Shown: piece by piece, positions 38,270 to 49,103 of the stretch
Layout: each line of letters begins with the position of its first letter
Numbering within the stretch: position 1 is the stretch's first letter
NCBI GenBank assembly: GCA_046483985.1
Contig: JAWOCD010000084.1
Coordinates: 1-64,000, forward strand
DNA from: Promethearchaeia archaeon
Lineage (GTDB): Archaea; Asgardarchaeota; Lokiarchaeia; Sigyniarchaeales; SOKP01
Reading direction: 5' to 3'
DNA length: 64,000 nucleotides
The notes under the pieces: model-generated
What the model saw: only the letters and a program-made list of their open reading frames with translations
The model's database searches: none
What the model was told of the DNA's origin: nothing
Program-made: the position numbers and the translations under genes

Positions 38270-38767
38270 TTAAATCGTTTCCTCGTCCTCAGTTTCTAAT
38301 GTTAAAAAGATATCTTTTATGTTGTACTCCATATCTTCAATTAGTTTTTCTCGGGTTTTAAGTATTTTTCCTTCCTCATTGGTCCCTTTAATCTCGATTC
38401 CCTCTTGTATTTTTTTAATACTAAAGTCTAAAACCTTCTGCTTCAGTTGATTTAAGCCTTCATCACCGAATTTTACCACGGTTTTAATCGAATGGCGCTT
38501 CTTTTGGGACACGATTTCGCAAAGATCCTTATCCTTCCAGCTTTGTAGTATTTCACGCACAACTTTATGAAAAATAGAAAATTTCGACTTCTTTTTATCC
38601 AGCCTATCAAGAAGGATCTTACAAATTTGGGTCGAGGGAAACATATTGCTGAAATACTTATTATGAACTCCTAAAATATATTCTGCAATGATATTTTCAA
38701 AATCCTCTCTGTTTTCTTCCAACAAATTTTTGATTCCTTTCTGATAAGAACTTAATTCATCGTTCAT
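38270..38767 (-). CDS. Hypothetical protein, possible winged helix
   Basis: 165-aa ORF; VREILQSWKDKDLCE. Confidence 0.65.
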   Translation of the reverse strand: MNDELSSYQKGIKNLLEENREDFENIIAEYILGVHNKYFSNMFPSTQICKILLDRLDKKKSKFSIFHKVVREILQSWKDKDLCEIVSQKKRHSIKTVVKFGDEGLNQLKQKVLDFSIKKIQEGIEIKGTNEEGKILKTREKLIEDMEYNIKDIFLTLETEDEETI

Positions 38768-38863
38768 AATAATACTTCACATAATTTTTCAATAAATAAT
38801 TTAATAATTAATAAAACTTAGATTATATAAATTAATCCATTTAAATTAAAAAAAAAAAACACC

Positions 38864-39865
38864 ATGAGCATTAGTAGAGAAGACTTAAACCAATTGCTGA
38901 AGGGTTATAAAAAACAATTAGGTGATGATCTAGTTGCAGCACTTATCCTCAATAGAGATGGACTTGTCATTGATGCAATTGGTACATCCGAAGAAAAAAG
39001 CCCCAATGAAGAAATTGTAGGAGGAGTTAGCGGTTTAGTTGAACCCATTCTGAAACGAATAACAAAGGAGTTTGATTCAAGATCCTTTGGAACAGGAACA
39101 TTTGATACGGAGGATTATCGATTGATTTTCTGCGAAGCAGGACCCCATGGAATATTTGTTACGATCTTAGATTCTTTTACGAGAATCGATCCTGTGTTTC
39201 CTTACGCATATCTGGCTGCCGAGAAGATTTCTCGTATTTTTGATAAACGTCCCGTGAATCCCGAAATTCCTCCGATTAAAGTTAATAGGTCACAAAATAC
39301 CATCGAACGTAAAGTTGGGGAGCTCAGACGGGTGAAAGTAAAGTCCGGAGACTATGCGTTTAAACTGATTTTAGGAGGAGATGGTGGAGTAGGTAAGACT
39401 TCAATGGTACATCGATTTGTTGAAGATTCGTTTCAACAAGATTACAAGGCGACCATTGGCACGTCCATCATGAAAAAGTCTTGCAGATTTGAAGGTTTAG
39501 AGTCAAATATAAGCTTTATAATCTGGGATCTTGCTGGTCAGAAGCAGTTCCGTCTTATACGAAGGAATTACTTAAAAAATGCAAGGGCAGGTATAATTGT
39601 CTATGATGTAACGCGTCCAGAAACCTTTGAAAGTATCGAGAGATGGCACGAAGAAATAACGCGAGTAGAACCGAAAATAAATCTCATTTTAGTAGGAAAT
39701 AAAATTGATCTCGAGCGAAAAGTTGCTCGTGAACAAGCAGAAAAGAAAGCAGAGGAATTAGGAGTTTCGTATGAGGAAACTTCTGCAAAAACGGGGGAAA
39801 ATATTGAAGAGGTATTTCGCCTCTTAGCCTTGCATTTAATCAATAGAAATCTAAAGACCGAATAA
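38864..39865 (+). CDS. Roadblock/LAMTOR domain fused to Rab-like small GTPase
   Basis: ALILNRDGLVI roadblock; GDGGVGKT, ATIG, WDLAGQ, NKID, SAK. Confidence 0.92.
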   Translation: MSISREDLNQLLKGYKKQLGDDLVAALILNRDGLVIDAIGTSEEKSPNEEIVGGVSGLVEPILKRITKEFDSRSFGTGTFDTEDYRLIFCEAGPHGIFVTILDSFTRIDPVFPYAYLAAEKISRIFDKRPVNPEIPPIKVNRSQNTIERKVGELRRVKVKSGDYAFKLILGGDGGVGKTSMVHRFVEDSFQQDYKATIGTSIMKKSCRFEGLESNISFIIWDLAGQKQFRLIRRNYLKNARAGIIVYDVTRPETFESIERWHEEITRVEPKINLILVGNKIDLERKVAREQAEKKAEELGVSYEETSAKTGENIEEVFRLLALHLINRNLKTE

Positions 39866-40034
39866 TTTAAATCTTTATATTTGCATTAAAAAATGCTTAA
39901 TTAGATACCCTCCCAGAAAGTAGTTTTATTTCTCAAAATTTTCTTTTAGCATAAAATAGAATTTTACTATACGCATTTATTAATGCGAAAATGCTCTAAA
40001 AATTAGGAATAAAATAGAAAAAGGAAATTGGTGA

Positions 40035-40136
40035 AGCCCTTGGGGGGATTTTCCAATTTATCCTAAATGGATAACTTTTTTGAACCCCCGACATTCTGAT
40101 TACGAATCAGACACTCCACCGCTGAGTTACAAGGGC
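40035..40136 (-). tRNA. tRNA-Thr(CGT) with 30-nt T-loop intron (~40050-40079)
   Basis: GCCCTTG/CAAGGGC acceptor, TCTGA-TTCGTAA-TCAGA; 72 nt once the intron is removed. Confidence 0.9.
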
Positions 40137-40194
40137 ATTGCAAAAATAATTTAATGGAGCAGTAATCTTATATTCGAAACTAATAATTATTAAT

Positions 40195-41250
40195 TTGAAA
40201 AAAATTATAAATTTTATTGGAATGACGAAAAAAACAATAGCAGATCTTGGAGAAGTAAAGGTAATTGAGATTATCGAAAAGGAAATCTCAATCATAGATC
40301 ATATAAAAATCAGAGAAGATGATGCCTTCTTTTTCGATCTTACTTCGGAAATAAAACCACAAAACGGGGAGAATTTTCAACTTGTTTCCAATACAGATAT
40401 GTTAGTATCCACCACAGATGTGCCCGAAGGAATGACAAATTACCAGATCGGGCGTAAAGCGGTACTGATGAACATTAGCGATTTAATTGTAAAGGGTGTC
40501 CATCCAAAAGGAATGCTTATCTCTTTGGGAGTGCCAGGGATTTTCTTCGTGAGCGATTTCAGGGACCTTATCAAAGGTGTAATTAATTACGGAAAGGAAT
40601 GGAAGATAAAATACTTGGGGGGGGATTTAAACGAGACTAATGAGTTAATTTTAAATCCAACAGTTTTTGGGATAAAGGAAAAGGATACAATAATTCATAG
40701 AAATGGCATGAGTGGGGGGGATTTTGTATGCACTAACGGTAAGTTTGGGCTTACAGGGGTGGGTTTTGATATTCTCCTTCATAAAAAGCCGCTTCAAAAG
40801 TATTTACCTCAATATAAAAAAAGTATTAACAGCGTACTTAACAATCACAACTTGAGTAAAGAAGCATTTATATTGGCAGACCAGAAGCTTGTAACGGCCA
40901 GTATTGACTCATCCGACGGGCTCGCCAAGTCTCTGCAAGATTTAATGAGGGTCAATCCAGGATTAGGTTTTGAAATCCAATTTTGTGAGAACTTAATTGC
41001 TGAAGAGGCATCGAAATATGCAAAAGAGGTTCAAGTTTCCTTAGAGAAACTAATCTTTAATGCCGGTGAAGAATTCATTCATCTCTTTACGATTCCTCCC
41101 AACTTATTCAAAAAAGCCCAAACGGCGATAGAAAAATCCGGCGGAAATTTATTTAAAATTGGAGAAGTAATATCGGAAGATAAAATTCTTATTCGGAAAG
41201 AAAACGACACTTATGAATTAAAAAAAGGAGGCTTTGAACATTTTATTTGA
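40195..41250 (+). CDS. thiL: Thiamine-monophosphate kinase
   Basis: LGEVKVI, DDA, TDML, NISDL, GGD, DSSDGL, GEEF; likely start ATG 40222. Confidence 0.9.
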   Translation: MKKIINFIGMTKKTIADLGEVKVIEIIEKEISIIDHIKIREDDAFFFDLTSEIKPQNGENFQLVSNTDMLVSTTDVPEGMTNYQIGRKAVLMNISDLIVKGVHPKGMLISLGVPGIFFVSDFRDLIKGVINYGKEWKIKYLGGDLNETNELILNPTVFGIKEKDTIIHRNGMSGGDFVCTNGKFGLTGVGFDILLHKKPLQKYLPQYKKSINSVLNNHNLSKEAFILADQKLVTASIDSSDGLAKSLQDLMRVNPGLGFEIQFCENLIAEEASKYAKEVQVSLEKLIFNAGEEFIHLFTIPPNLFKKAQTAIEKSGGNLFKIGEVISEDKILIRKENDTYELKKGGFEHFI

Positions 41251-41307
41251 AAATTTCAATATTCTGGTAAAAAATGAGGGAAATAAAGTAGATATAAAAA
41301 GAATATG

Positions 41308-41411
41308 CGGGCTATGAGGGAATTTCAAATTTACCCGAAACGGATAATCTTTTTGAACCCTCGACCTTCAGGTTAAAAGCCTGCAGCGCTACCTGTCTGC
41401 GCCAATAGCCC
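41308..41411 (-). tRNA. tRNA-Lys(TTT) with 30-nt T-loop intron (~41323-41352)
   Basis: GGGCTAT/ATAGCCC acceptor, CAGG-CTTTTAA-CCTG; 74 nt once the intron is removed. Confidence 0.9.
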
Positions 41412-41723
41412 AGCGTTTAATTCCAATGTATCTAAGTATTACTTTCAATAATTCTATAAATACTTATGAAGATATGAATAGATAATAAATAGAATGGATA
41501 ATAATATTAAAATTTTTACAATCTACCATTCTTAAAATATATATTCATAGAAGTCTTCATTTTAATCAGTTAAATGGTTAGGATTTTAAATTATTTTATT
41601 GAAAGTGGATTTTTGAGCAATTTTGCTAAATTAAACGAAAAATGCAACAATTCTCAGTAATTAAAATTAGAATTTTCCACATGGAATAGAAATTTTAAGA
41701 AAAAATCATTTTAAATAGTAGGA

Positions 41724-42731
41724 ATGACAAATAACGAAATGAAACTACCCGCCGATGAACCCACCCAATTAATGGTCAAATCAGAGGCGACCACTAATCC
41801 CAAGTACGGATGTAAGCCTCAAGAACGTGATTTAGAAACTTTATTAAAATATGGGGTTATCAATTTAGACAAAGTCAGTGGTCCCACGAGTCATGAAGTT
41901 GTTGCTTGGTTGAGAAAGATCTTAGATATCTCAAACACGGGTCACGGAGGAACATTAGATCCCAAAGTAACGGGAGTATTACCATGTGCACTGGGAAAAG
42001 CAACCCGGGTACTTTCGGCATTACTATCTGCCGGGAAGGAATATGTGGGAGTAATGTACCTCCATTCAAAAGTGCCAGAAGATAAAATTAAAAAAGCTTT
42101 TAGGATCTTTTCGACCGAGATTTATCAACGCCCGCCCATGAAATCGTCTGTTGCCCGAAAATTAAGGAAAAGAAATATTTATTATACAGAAGTTATGGAA
42201 ATTAGAGATCGTCTCGTGTTGTTTCGGGTGGGATGCGAGGCAGGGACTTATATTCGAAAACTATGTACTGACATTGGAGAAGTACTTTTATCCGGGGCCC
42301 ATCTCGAAGAGTTGAGGAGAACAAGAGTGGGAACATTCACGGAGGAAACTAACCTAACTACCCTCCAAGATGTTAAGGATGCTTTCACTATCTATCGAAA
42401 TGAAGGGGATGAACGATATTTAAGAAGATTAATATTCCCTATGGAGAAAATGGTGGAACATATGCCAAAAATCGTGGTAAGAGATACAGCTGTAGATGCT
42501 TTATGCCATGGAGCAGATCTAGCTTCTGCAGGTGTTGTCTATATTGATGCCAGAGTTGAAAAGGGAAAAAAAATAGCACTTTTCACACTAAAAGATGAAT
42601 TAATTGGATTTGGCATTGCAAAAGAAAAAGCAATTGATATTTATAAGGCTAAGCAAGGAATTGTGGCGGAGTCCCATAAAATTTTCATGAAACGGGGAAC
42701 ATATCCTCGTTGGGATGCTGAGATTAAATAA
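41724..42731 (+). CDS. cbf5: Pseudouridine synthase Cbf5/TruB
   Basis: GPTSHEV, GHGGTLDP, GTYIR, PUA domain. Confidence 0.96.
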   Translation: MTNNEMKLPADEPTQLMVKSEATTNPKYGCKPQERDLETLLKYGVINLDKVSGPTSHEVVAWLRKILDISNTGHGGTLDPKVTGVLPCALGKATRVLSALLSAGKEYVGVMYLHSKVPEDKIKKAFRIFSTEIYQRPPMKSSVARKLRKRNIYYTEVMEIRDRLVLFRVGCEAGTYIRKLCTDIGEVLLSGAHLEELRRTRVGTFTEETNLTTLQDVKDAFTIYRNEGDERYLRRLIFPMEKMVEHMPKIVVRDTAVDALCHGADLASAGVVYIDARVEKGKKIALFTLKDELIGFGIAKEKAIDIYKAKQGIVAESHKIFMKRGTYPRWDAEIK

Positions 42732-42761
42732 ACAATAAAATCTACACAAAAAGTTTTACTT

Positions 42762-43412
42762 ATGACGAATAAAGATCACAAGCATTATTCTTCAAAATAT
42801 CCCGATGTCCCATTGGAAAAGCATTCGATTTCTGCGAGCCTTCGAAAGCATCTATTCATGTTTAAAACGCTCACGGGCGTCTTTTCCTATGAAAAACTCG
42901 ACCTTGGGACAGAGATCTTAATCAAGCATCTTATTATTCCAGAAAGTCCTGAAAATCTCCTTGATCTAGGATGCGGCTATGGGCCGATTGGGGTAGTGTT
43001 AGGGTATGAAACTTCCACAGCAGAGATTTTTATGGTCGATATTAACCGGAGGGCAGTTTGGTGCGCAAAGGAGAATATCAAAGTCAATCTTCCCCAAGAT
43101 CGGGGCCGTGTAAAGGCTCTTGCGGGGAATTATTTTGAACCTTTTAAGAACAAGGAAATTAGATTTGACGCAATCTATATGAATCCCCCCATCCGAGAGG
43201 GACGGGAAGAATTTTTTGAGGTTATTGAGGAGATTACCCATTATCTTAAATCTGATGGATTTTTTCAATTTGTAATAAGAAAAAAATTAGGGGCATCTTA
43301 TGTGACTAAGTATTTAAGAAAAACATATCCCTCATTTAAAACGGAAATTATAGCTAAACGAAGCGGATATTGGACATCTGTTTTTTATAAAAAAAAGCAA
43401 AAAATCGAATAG
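42762..43412 (+). CDS. Class I SAM methyltransferase (RsmC-like)
   Basis: GVFS..DLGT, LDLGCGYG, NPP. Confidence 0.88.
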   Translation: MTNKDHKHYSSKYPDVPLEKHSISASLRKHLFMFKTLTGVFSYEKLDLGTEILIKHLIIPESPENLLDLGCGYGPIGVVLGYETSTAEIFMVDINRRAVWCAKENIKVNLPQDRGRVKALAGNYFEPFKNKEIRFDAIYMNPPIREGREEFFEVIEEITHYLKSDGFFQFVIRKKLGASYVTKYLRKTYPSFKTEIIAKRSGYWTSVFYKKKQKIE

Positions 43413-43523
43413 CCTCTGGGGAGAAAAGATTAATATTTAAAATGTGTGATTTAACCGTAAAATTTTTTAGAAAAGGTACTTTAAATATTCTAACTGTGAG
43501 TAAACAAAAAAGAGGAACTATTC

Positions 43524-43781
43524 GTGGCTAAAAATAAAAAGATTGATGTGCTTAGTCATACATTAGTGCCTAAGCATACCATTTTAACTAAGCAACAAAC
43601 AGAAGAATTACTAGAGAAATATCAAATTTCTCTGCTAGACTTACCTCAGATGTTTGAAAAAGACCCGGTTGCAATAAGTATTGGTGCGAAAGAAGGAGAC
43701 GTAGTGGAAATTGTGAGGGAATCAAACACCACAGTTAAGCAGGTTAAATATTATAGGTATATTAAGAAGGAAAAAGTCTAG
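43524..43781 (+). CDS. rpoH: RNA polymerase subunit Rpo5 (H)
   Basis: HTLVPKH, LPQM..DPV, GDVVEI, YYR. Confidence 0.95.
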   Translation: MAKNKKIDVLSHTLVPKHTILTKQQTEELLEKYQISLLDLPQMFEKDPVAISIGAKEGDVVEIVRESNTTVKQVKYYRYIKKEKV

Positions 43782-43831
43782 TCACTATTTTTTTAAGATA
43801 GACTCTTATAAGAAATTAGAGATCAGAAATC

Positions 43832-46800
43832 ATGTTAACTAATAAAGAAAAATGGACCGTTTTAAAAAGTCTTTTTGATGAAAAGGGACTTGTTCGACAA
43901 CATCTAGATTCTTATAACGATTTCATTGAGGTCAAAATGCAAGAAATCGTTGATGAATCGGGCGAGGTCGTTCCAGATATCCCCGGATTTAAAATAAGGT
44001 TCGGAGATATTCATGTTGGTCATCCAAAAGTACGCGAAGCCGACGGAGCCACTATGGAAATTACTCCAATCGAAGCACGAATAAGGGAGTTAAGTTATGC
44101 TGCAGATATTACTTTAGAAATGACACCAATTACTATCGATGAGCGAACCCAACGTGAAGAAGAGGAAAAAACACTTCCCATTTATATTGGAAAACTGCCC
44201 ATCATGCTGAAAAGTTGTCGATGTCCTTTAGAAGATCTTTCCGAAAAAGAATTGATAAATCGAAGTGAAGATCCATTAGATCCAGGCGGATATTTTATCA
44301 TCAATGGAACAGAAAGAGTGTTAGTAACTCAAGAGGATTTAGCTCCTAATAGGATTCTTGCCGAAGAAGCAAGCAGAAGTTCAAGCGCAACACATCAAGC
44401 GAAAGTCTTTTCGACAAGAAGTGGATTTAGGGCACCGGTAACCATAGAGCGAAAGAAGGACGGAAATTTGCGCGTTTCATTTCCATCAGTCCCTGGAAAA
44501 ATTCCACTTGCAATTTTAATGAGAGCATTAGGATTACATTCAGATAGGGAAATATTTGAATCCATCTCAGAGAATGAAGACATTCAAAAAGAATTAATGC
44601 CCATTATTGATGTTGCTTCAGAAATACAAGTTTTAAAAGACCCAAAAAAATCTCAAGAAAATGCCTTAGATTATATTGGAAAACGTGTTGCGATTGGACA
44701 AACAAAGGATTATCGTATTAGACGGGCTTTACAAGTATTAGATAGATATCTGCTACCACATATTGGGAATGATGAAGAAGATAGGATCAAAAAAGCCTAT
44801 TACCTTGGTCAAATGGCTCAGAAAGTAATGGAACTTAGTTTAGAGATCAGAGATGCTGATGATAAGGATCATTATGCCAATAAACGCTTGAAATTAGCGG
44901 GAGAATTATTTACTTCCTTATTTCGAGTTGCTTTTCTTAATTTGGTAAAAGATATTAAATATCAATTGGAAAGAACGGCAGTAAGGGGGAGAGCCCCAAA
45001 CATTAAAACTGCCGTAAGAGCAGACGTAATTACGGAGCGGATAAGGCATGCATTAGCTACAGGAAATTGGGTCGGAGGAAAAGCGGGAGTTAGTCAATTA
45101 TTAAACCGAACCAATCAAGTTGGAACATTAAGCCATTTAAGACGTGTGGTTTCCCCATTAAGTCGGAGTCAACCACATTTTGAAGCAAGAGACTTGCATC
45201 CCACTCAATGGGGTAAAATCTGCCCCGCAGAAACTCCTGAAGGTCCAAATTGTGGATTAGTAAAAAACCTTGGTTTAGCATCGATTATTTCGGTGGGCGA
45301 AGAGGAAAAAATCATTGAAAATATTTTGATTGATTTGGGTGTTATTCCAATTAATGAAGTAACGGATATCAGAGGAAATAAAGTCAAGGTATTTTTAAAT
45401 GGGAAATTAATCGGCTTTCATCAACGTCATAATCCGTTCATAAGACAATTGAGAGAAAAAAGGAGAAAAGGGGAAATTGGACAGCATGTTAATATTGGTT
45501 ATTATCATGACTCAAGAGAAATTCAAATTAATTGTGATGCTGGGAGAGCCACTCGACCTTTATTTGTATTAAAGGACAAGGAAGTATTGATCACGAAAGA
45601 AGATATCCAGAAATTAGTTGATGGAAAATATATCTGGTCTGATTTAATACGCAAAGGACTAATTGAATATTTGGATGCAGAAGAAGAAGAGAATGCGTTC
45701 ATTGCAATGTTTGAAGAAAACATTACAGAAGAGCATACTCATTTAGAAATTTCTCCTGCTGCAATATTAGGAATTTGTGCATCGATTATCCCTTTCCCAG
45801 AACATAATCAATCACCCAGAAATACCTATGAAGCGGGAATGGTTAAGCAAGCTTTAGGATTATTTGCAGCTAATATGCATTTACGGTTAGATACACGTGG
45901 ACACACACTTCATTATCCTCAACAACCGCTGGTAAAAACAAGCCCTATGGAAATAATTGGATTTAACAAGCGACCTGCAGGACAAAATTTCGTTGTTGGA
46001 ATGATGAGTTTTGAAGGATACAATATCGAAGATGCAATCATTATTAATAAAGCATCTATAGAACGAGGATTAGCCCGCAGTCACTTCTTTAGGACTTATG
46101 ATGCAGAAGAAAGAAAATATCCTGGAGGAGAGGTTGATAAATTTGAGATTCCGGAGCGTGGAGTTAGAGGTTTCAAATCTGCAGAATCTTACCGCCTTCT
46201 CTCCGAGGAGGATGGAATAATTGAGCCCGAAACAGAAGTCAGCGGAGGGGATGTATTAATTGGAAGGACTTCGCCCCCTCGATTTATCAAGTCCTACGAA
46301 GAATTTGAACTAATGCAACCCAACAGAAGGGAAACTTCAAAAAATATGAGACACAACGAAGAAGGGATTGTTGATACAGTCATAATTTCAGAAACTGTTG
46401 ATGGAAATAAATTAGTGAAAATAAAAGTAAGAGATCTTCGTATTCCTGAATTAGGAGACAAATTTTCTTCCCGGCACGGACAAAAAGGAGTATTGGGGTT
46501 AGTGCAACCTCAAGAAGATATGCCTTTTACCAGTTCTGGGGTAATTCCTGATATCATAGTTAATCCCCATGCTATGCCTTCGCGGATGACATTAGGACAA
46601 TTATTTGAGGGTATTAGCGGAAAGATAGCATGTAATACCGGAGAATTGGGTGATGCAACTGCTTTTGAGTGGAAAGATATTACGAAACTACAAGAAAAAT
46701 TGGTTGAAGCAGGATTTGAGTTCAATGGTCGAGAAATGATGTATAATGGTATTACTGGCGAAAAGTATGAAGCTGGGATTTATTGCGCACCCATTTATTA

Positions 46801-47191
46801 TCAAAAATTGTATCATTTAGTTGCCGACAAATTACACGCACGTGCACGGGGTCCTGTTCAGATATTGACAAGGCAACCAACAGAAGGAAGGGCCCGTGAG
46901 GGAGGGTTAAGATTTGGAGAAATGGAACGAGATTGTTTAGTAGGACATGGATCGGCCTTATTATTAAAGGAACGATTATTAGATGAGTCAGACAAAACAA
47001 CCATTTTAGTTTGTGAAAAATGCGGGTTATTGGCCGTTTATGATAGAAATAGAGACAAACGATATTGCCCTGTGTGCGGTGAGGGGACGACAATCTCTAA
47101 AATAGTATGTTCTTATGCATTTAAATTGTTACTTCAAGAAATGATGTCGCTCGGACTGGCTCCTCGATTAAAATTAAAAGAAAAAATTTAA
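43832..47191 (+). CDS. rpoB: RNA polymerase subunit Rpo2 (B), unsplit
   Basis: GGYFIING, ETPEG, GDKFSSRHGQKG, GLRFGEME. Confidence 0.98.
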   Translation: MLTNKEKWTVLKSLFDEKGLVRQHLDSYNDFIEVKMQEIVDESGEVVPDIPGFKIRFGDIHVGHPKVREADGATMEITPIEARIRELSYAADITLEMTPITIDERTQREEEEKTLPIYIGKLPIMLKSCRCPLEDLSEKELINRSEDPLDPGGYFIINGTERVLVTQEDLAPNRILAEEASRSSSATHQAKVFSTRSGFRAPVTIERKKDGNLRVSFPSVPGKIPLAILMRALGLHSDREIFESISENEDIQKELMPIIDVASEIQVLKDPKKSQENALDYIGKRVAIGQTKDYRIRRALQVLDRYLLPHIGNDEEDRIKKAYYLGQMAQKVMELSLEIRDADDKDHYANKRLKLAGELFTSLFRVAFLNLVKDIKYQLERTAVRGRAPNIKTAVRADVITERIRHALATGNWVGGKAGVSQLLNRTNQVGTLSHLRRVVSPLSRSQPHFEARDLHPTQWGKICPAETPEGPNCGLVKNLGLASIISVGEEEKIIENILIDLGVIPINEVTDIRGNKVKVFLNGKLIGFHQRHNPFIRQLREKRRKGEIGQHVNIGYYHDSREIQINCDAGRATRPLFVLKDKEVLITKEDIQKLVDGKYIWSDLIRKGLIEYLDAEEEENAFIAMFEENITEEHTHLEISPAAILGICASIIPFPEHNQSPRNTYEAGMVKQALGLFAANMHLRLDTRGHTLHYPQQPLVKTSPMEIIGFNKRPAGQNFVVGMMSFEGYNIEDAIIINKASIERGLARSHFFRTYDAEERKYPGGEVDKFEIPERGVRGFKSAESYRLLSEEDGIIEPETEVSGGDVLIGRTSPPRFIKSYEEFELMQPNRRETSKNMRHNEEGIVDTVIISETVDGNKLVKIKVRDLRIPELGDKFSSRHGQKGVLGLVQPQEDMPFTSSGVIPDIIVNPHAMPSRMTLGQLFEGISGKIACNTGELGDATAFEWKDITKLQEKLVEAGFEFNGREMMYNGITGEKYEAGIYCAPIYYQKLYHLVADKLHARARGPVQILTRQPTEGRAREGGLRFGEMERDCLVGHGSALLLKERLLDESDKTTILVCEKCGLLAVYDRNRDKRYCPVCGEGTTISKIVCSYAFKLLLQEMMSLGLAPRLKLKEKI

Positions 47192-47221
47192 TTCTTTTAT
47201 TTTTTATTTCGCTTATTTTTT

Positions 47222-47662
47222 CTAGATTAATCCAAATTGCATCATTATGTATATTTCTGGCACCAACGAATACAGAATATAAAGCATAAATAAAGTCAGG
47301 AGGGCAACCCACATGCTAGATTCCCAAGTCAAATCTATAAAAACTTTTAAAAGGAACAAAACGATCAAGAATCCAATAATAGACACTAAATTTCCTAAGT
47401 AATTTCGTCCGCCCCCGTCCAAGGCATTACGTAAGTTCGCTAATATGTCTCCTAAAGTATTTAATATGGTCCCGATTACTCCCAACACAAAGGGTAATAT
47501 TAACACACAGATAAGCGCGACCAAGAAGATCATAAACTTCTTATCATTTGCTTTATGTTCACTTTCAATAAGCCTCACCGCTAAATAGATAATTAAAGTA
47601 AGAAGAACGGTTCCTATGATTATCCAAACAAGAAGCATTATTGAATCCTTTTGAAATAACAT
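47222..47662 (-). CDS. Hypothetical membrane protein (~4 TM)
   Basis: Hydrophobic 146-aa ORF. Confidence 0.7.
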   Translation of the reverse strand: MLFQKDSIMLLVWIIIGTVLLTLIIYLAVRLIESEHKANDKKFMIFLVALICVLILPFVLGVIGTILNTLGDILANLRNALDGGGRNYLGNLVSIIGFLIVLFLLKVFIDLTWESSMWVALLTLFMLYILYSLVPEIYIMMQFGLI

Positions 47663-47770
47663 TTTTACTAAATCACTCTCTTTCTAATTTTAAATTAATT
47701 TAATTCAAATCTCTATATAATTTTTTTCTTTATTTTATTAATTCTATCTTTAGAATTTAAAGTCAAATAC

Positions 47771-48066
47771 TTAGAAATAAAAATTAGAATAATCGTGAAT
47801 TGAAGTATTTCTATATCCTTTTTTTTCAGCCAGTGAAATATTGATTTCTTTTAATCTATAGATTAGTTCCTCGTTATCAAATATTTGTCTCCGTTTTTCC
47901 ACGCAACAAATAGGATGAATGTTTAATGAATAAATTGAATGAGCACTTTTATCAAGTTTGTGGCTCATATGATTCTCTTGATTACTAACATAAGAGAAAA
48001 ACAACAATAAAAATATTAGCATACAAAATTCATCCCCGACCTAAAGGACGGGGACTTCTTTCGTTA
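47771..48066 (-). mobile_element. tnpA: IS200/IS605 left end plus truncated tnpA pseudogene
   Basis: From ATG 47968: MSHKLDKSAHSIYSLNIH..KRRQIFD..RLKEI, lost before the HUH motif; hairpin TCCCCG-A-CCT-AA-AGG-A-CGGGGA at 48033-48054. Confidence 0.85.
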
Positions 48067-48116
48067 TAAGTTATAAGTTAAATGGCGCAACCATTCCCTC
48101 AACTGAATTCTAAGAT

Positions 48117-49103
48117 TTATAATTCAGCCTCATAGGACTCTTCTTCTTCAATTTCTTGGTTTATTTTCTTCTTCATTTGGGCTTCTTTAAATGCTTTATA
48201 GCGACGTTTAATATTTTCATGACGTATTTTCCAGAAGGCTAGTCCGATCGCTATTAATGTCGCTATAATCAGTAAAACTGCGAGCCAATTGTTTTTGAAA
48301 TAATTTTCCAATGCTGTAAATCCCGTTTCGTCTGGTTCCTCCGATCCTTGGGTAAAGTCGGCATATTCCTCTAAAATAGAGGTAAATGTATTATTCCCCC
48401 AAATGTCTTCTTCTTCTTTATTCTCTTCATAGATATGGGTAACCGATTTCATTAGGATTCCCGTATTTTTTTCAAAATAATAATCTGCCAAAATGTCTGC
48501 ATCCCATTCGTCTCAAGCTACTATATAATCTGGGGGGATTGTATCATTGAGGTTAAACTCAACCGCTTCATAGGAGTTTCCTTCCAAGTTTATGTTGGTT
48601 GTTCCATTATACTTAAATTTAAATTCTTTATACCTGTCGTAGAGCAAAATAATTTCGTTTATCAAGAAAGACTGATCTTCCGCTATATTCTTCTCGCAGA
48701 AATATGATGGGTGGGTAGATGATAAGTCTCCATCCAATTCGGGTCGTTGGTATACCTCTGATATCTCTCTGGTATTGTTAGAAACGAGGTATCTAAAATC
48801 GTAAGTGATACTATAATCATCTTCGCAAGTTCCGTCATAATACTGTGCCTTAAATTGTAACTCAGTGTCCCAATCGCCGTTTTCTTCGAAAACAATATCG
48901 TATTCTAAAATCGATAAATAAGATTTATCTCCAGAAGGCTTAGAGCTTTCATATGTCTGGCTTAAAGAATATTTCATGGAAATTCTATTTTGGTAATCGT
49001 TTGTAAGGGATTCTGGTAAAGCAGCTGAGACATGTATCGGAAAGAACAAAGTAGCTCAAAATAAAACCAATGAAATAAAGACCATCTTTTTTTTCCTAGT
49101 TAT
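48117..49103 (-). pseudogene. Secreted, C-terminally anchored protein interrupted by two in-frame TGA codons
   Basis: One frame: signal peptide MVFISLVLF*ATLFFPIHVSA (TGA 49056-58), IVA*DEW (TGA 48513-15), C-terminal TM helix. Confidence 0.75.

Noticed and set aside
47771-48022. Intact 83-aa protein or active transposase
   Set aside because: TnpA similarity starts at 47968 and ends before the HUH and catalytic Tyr motifs
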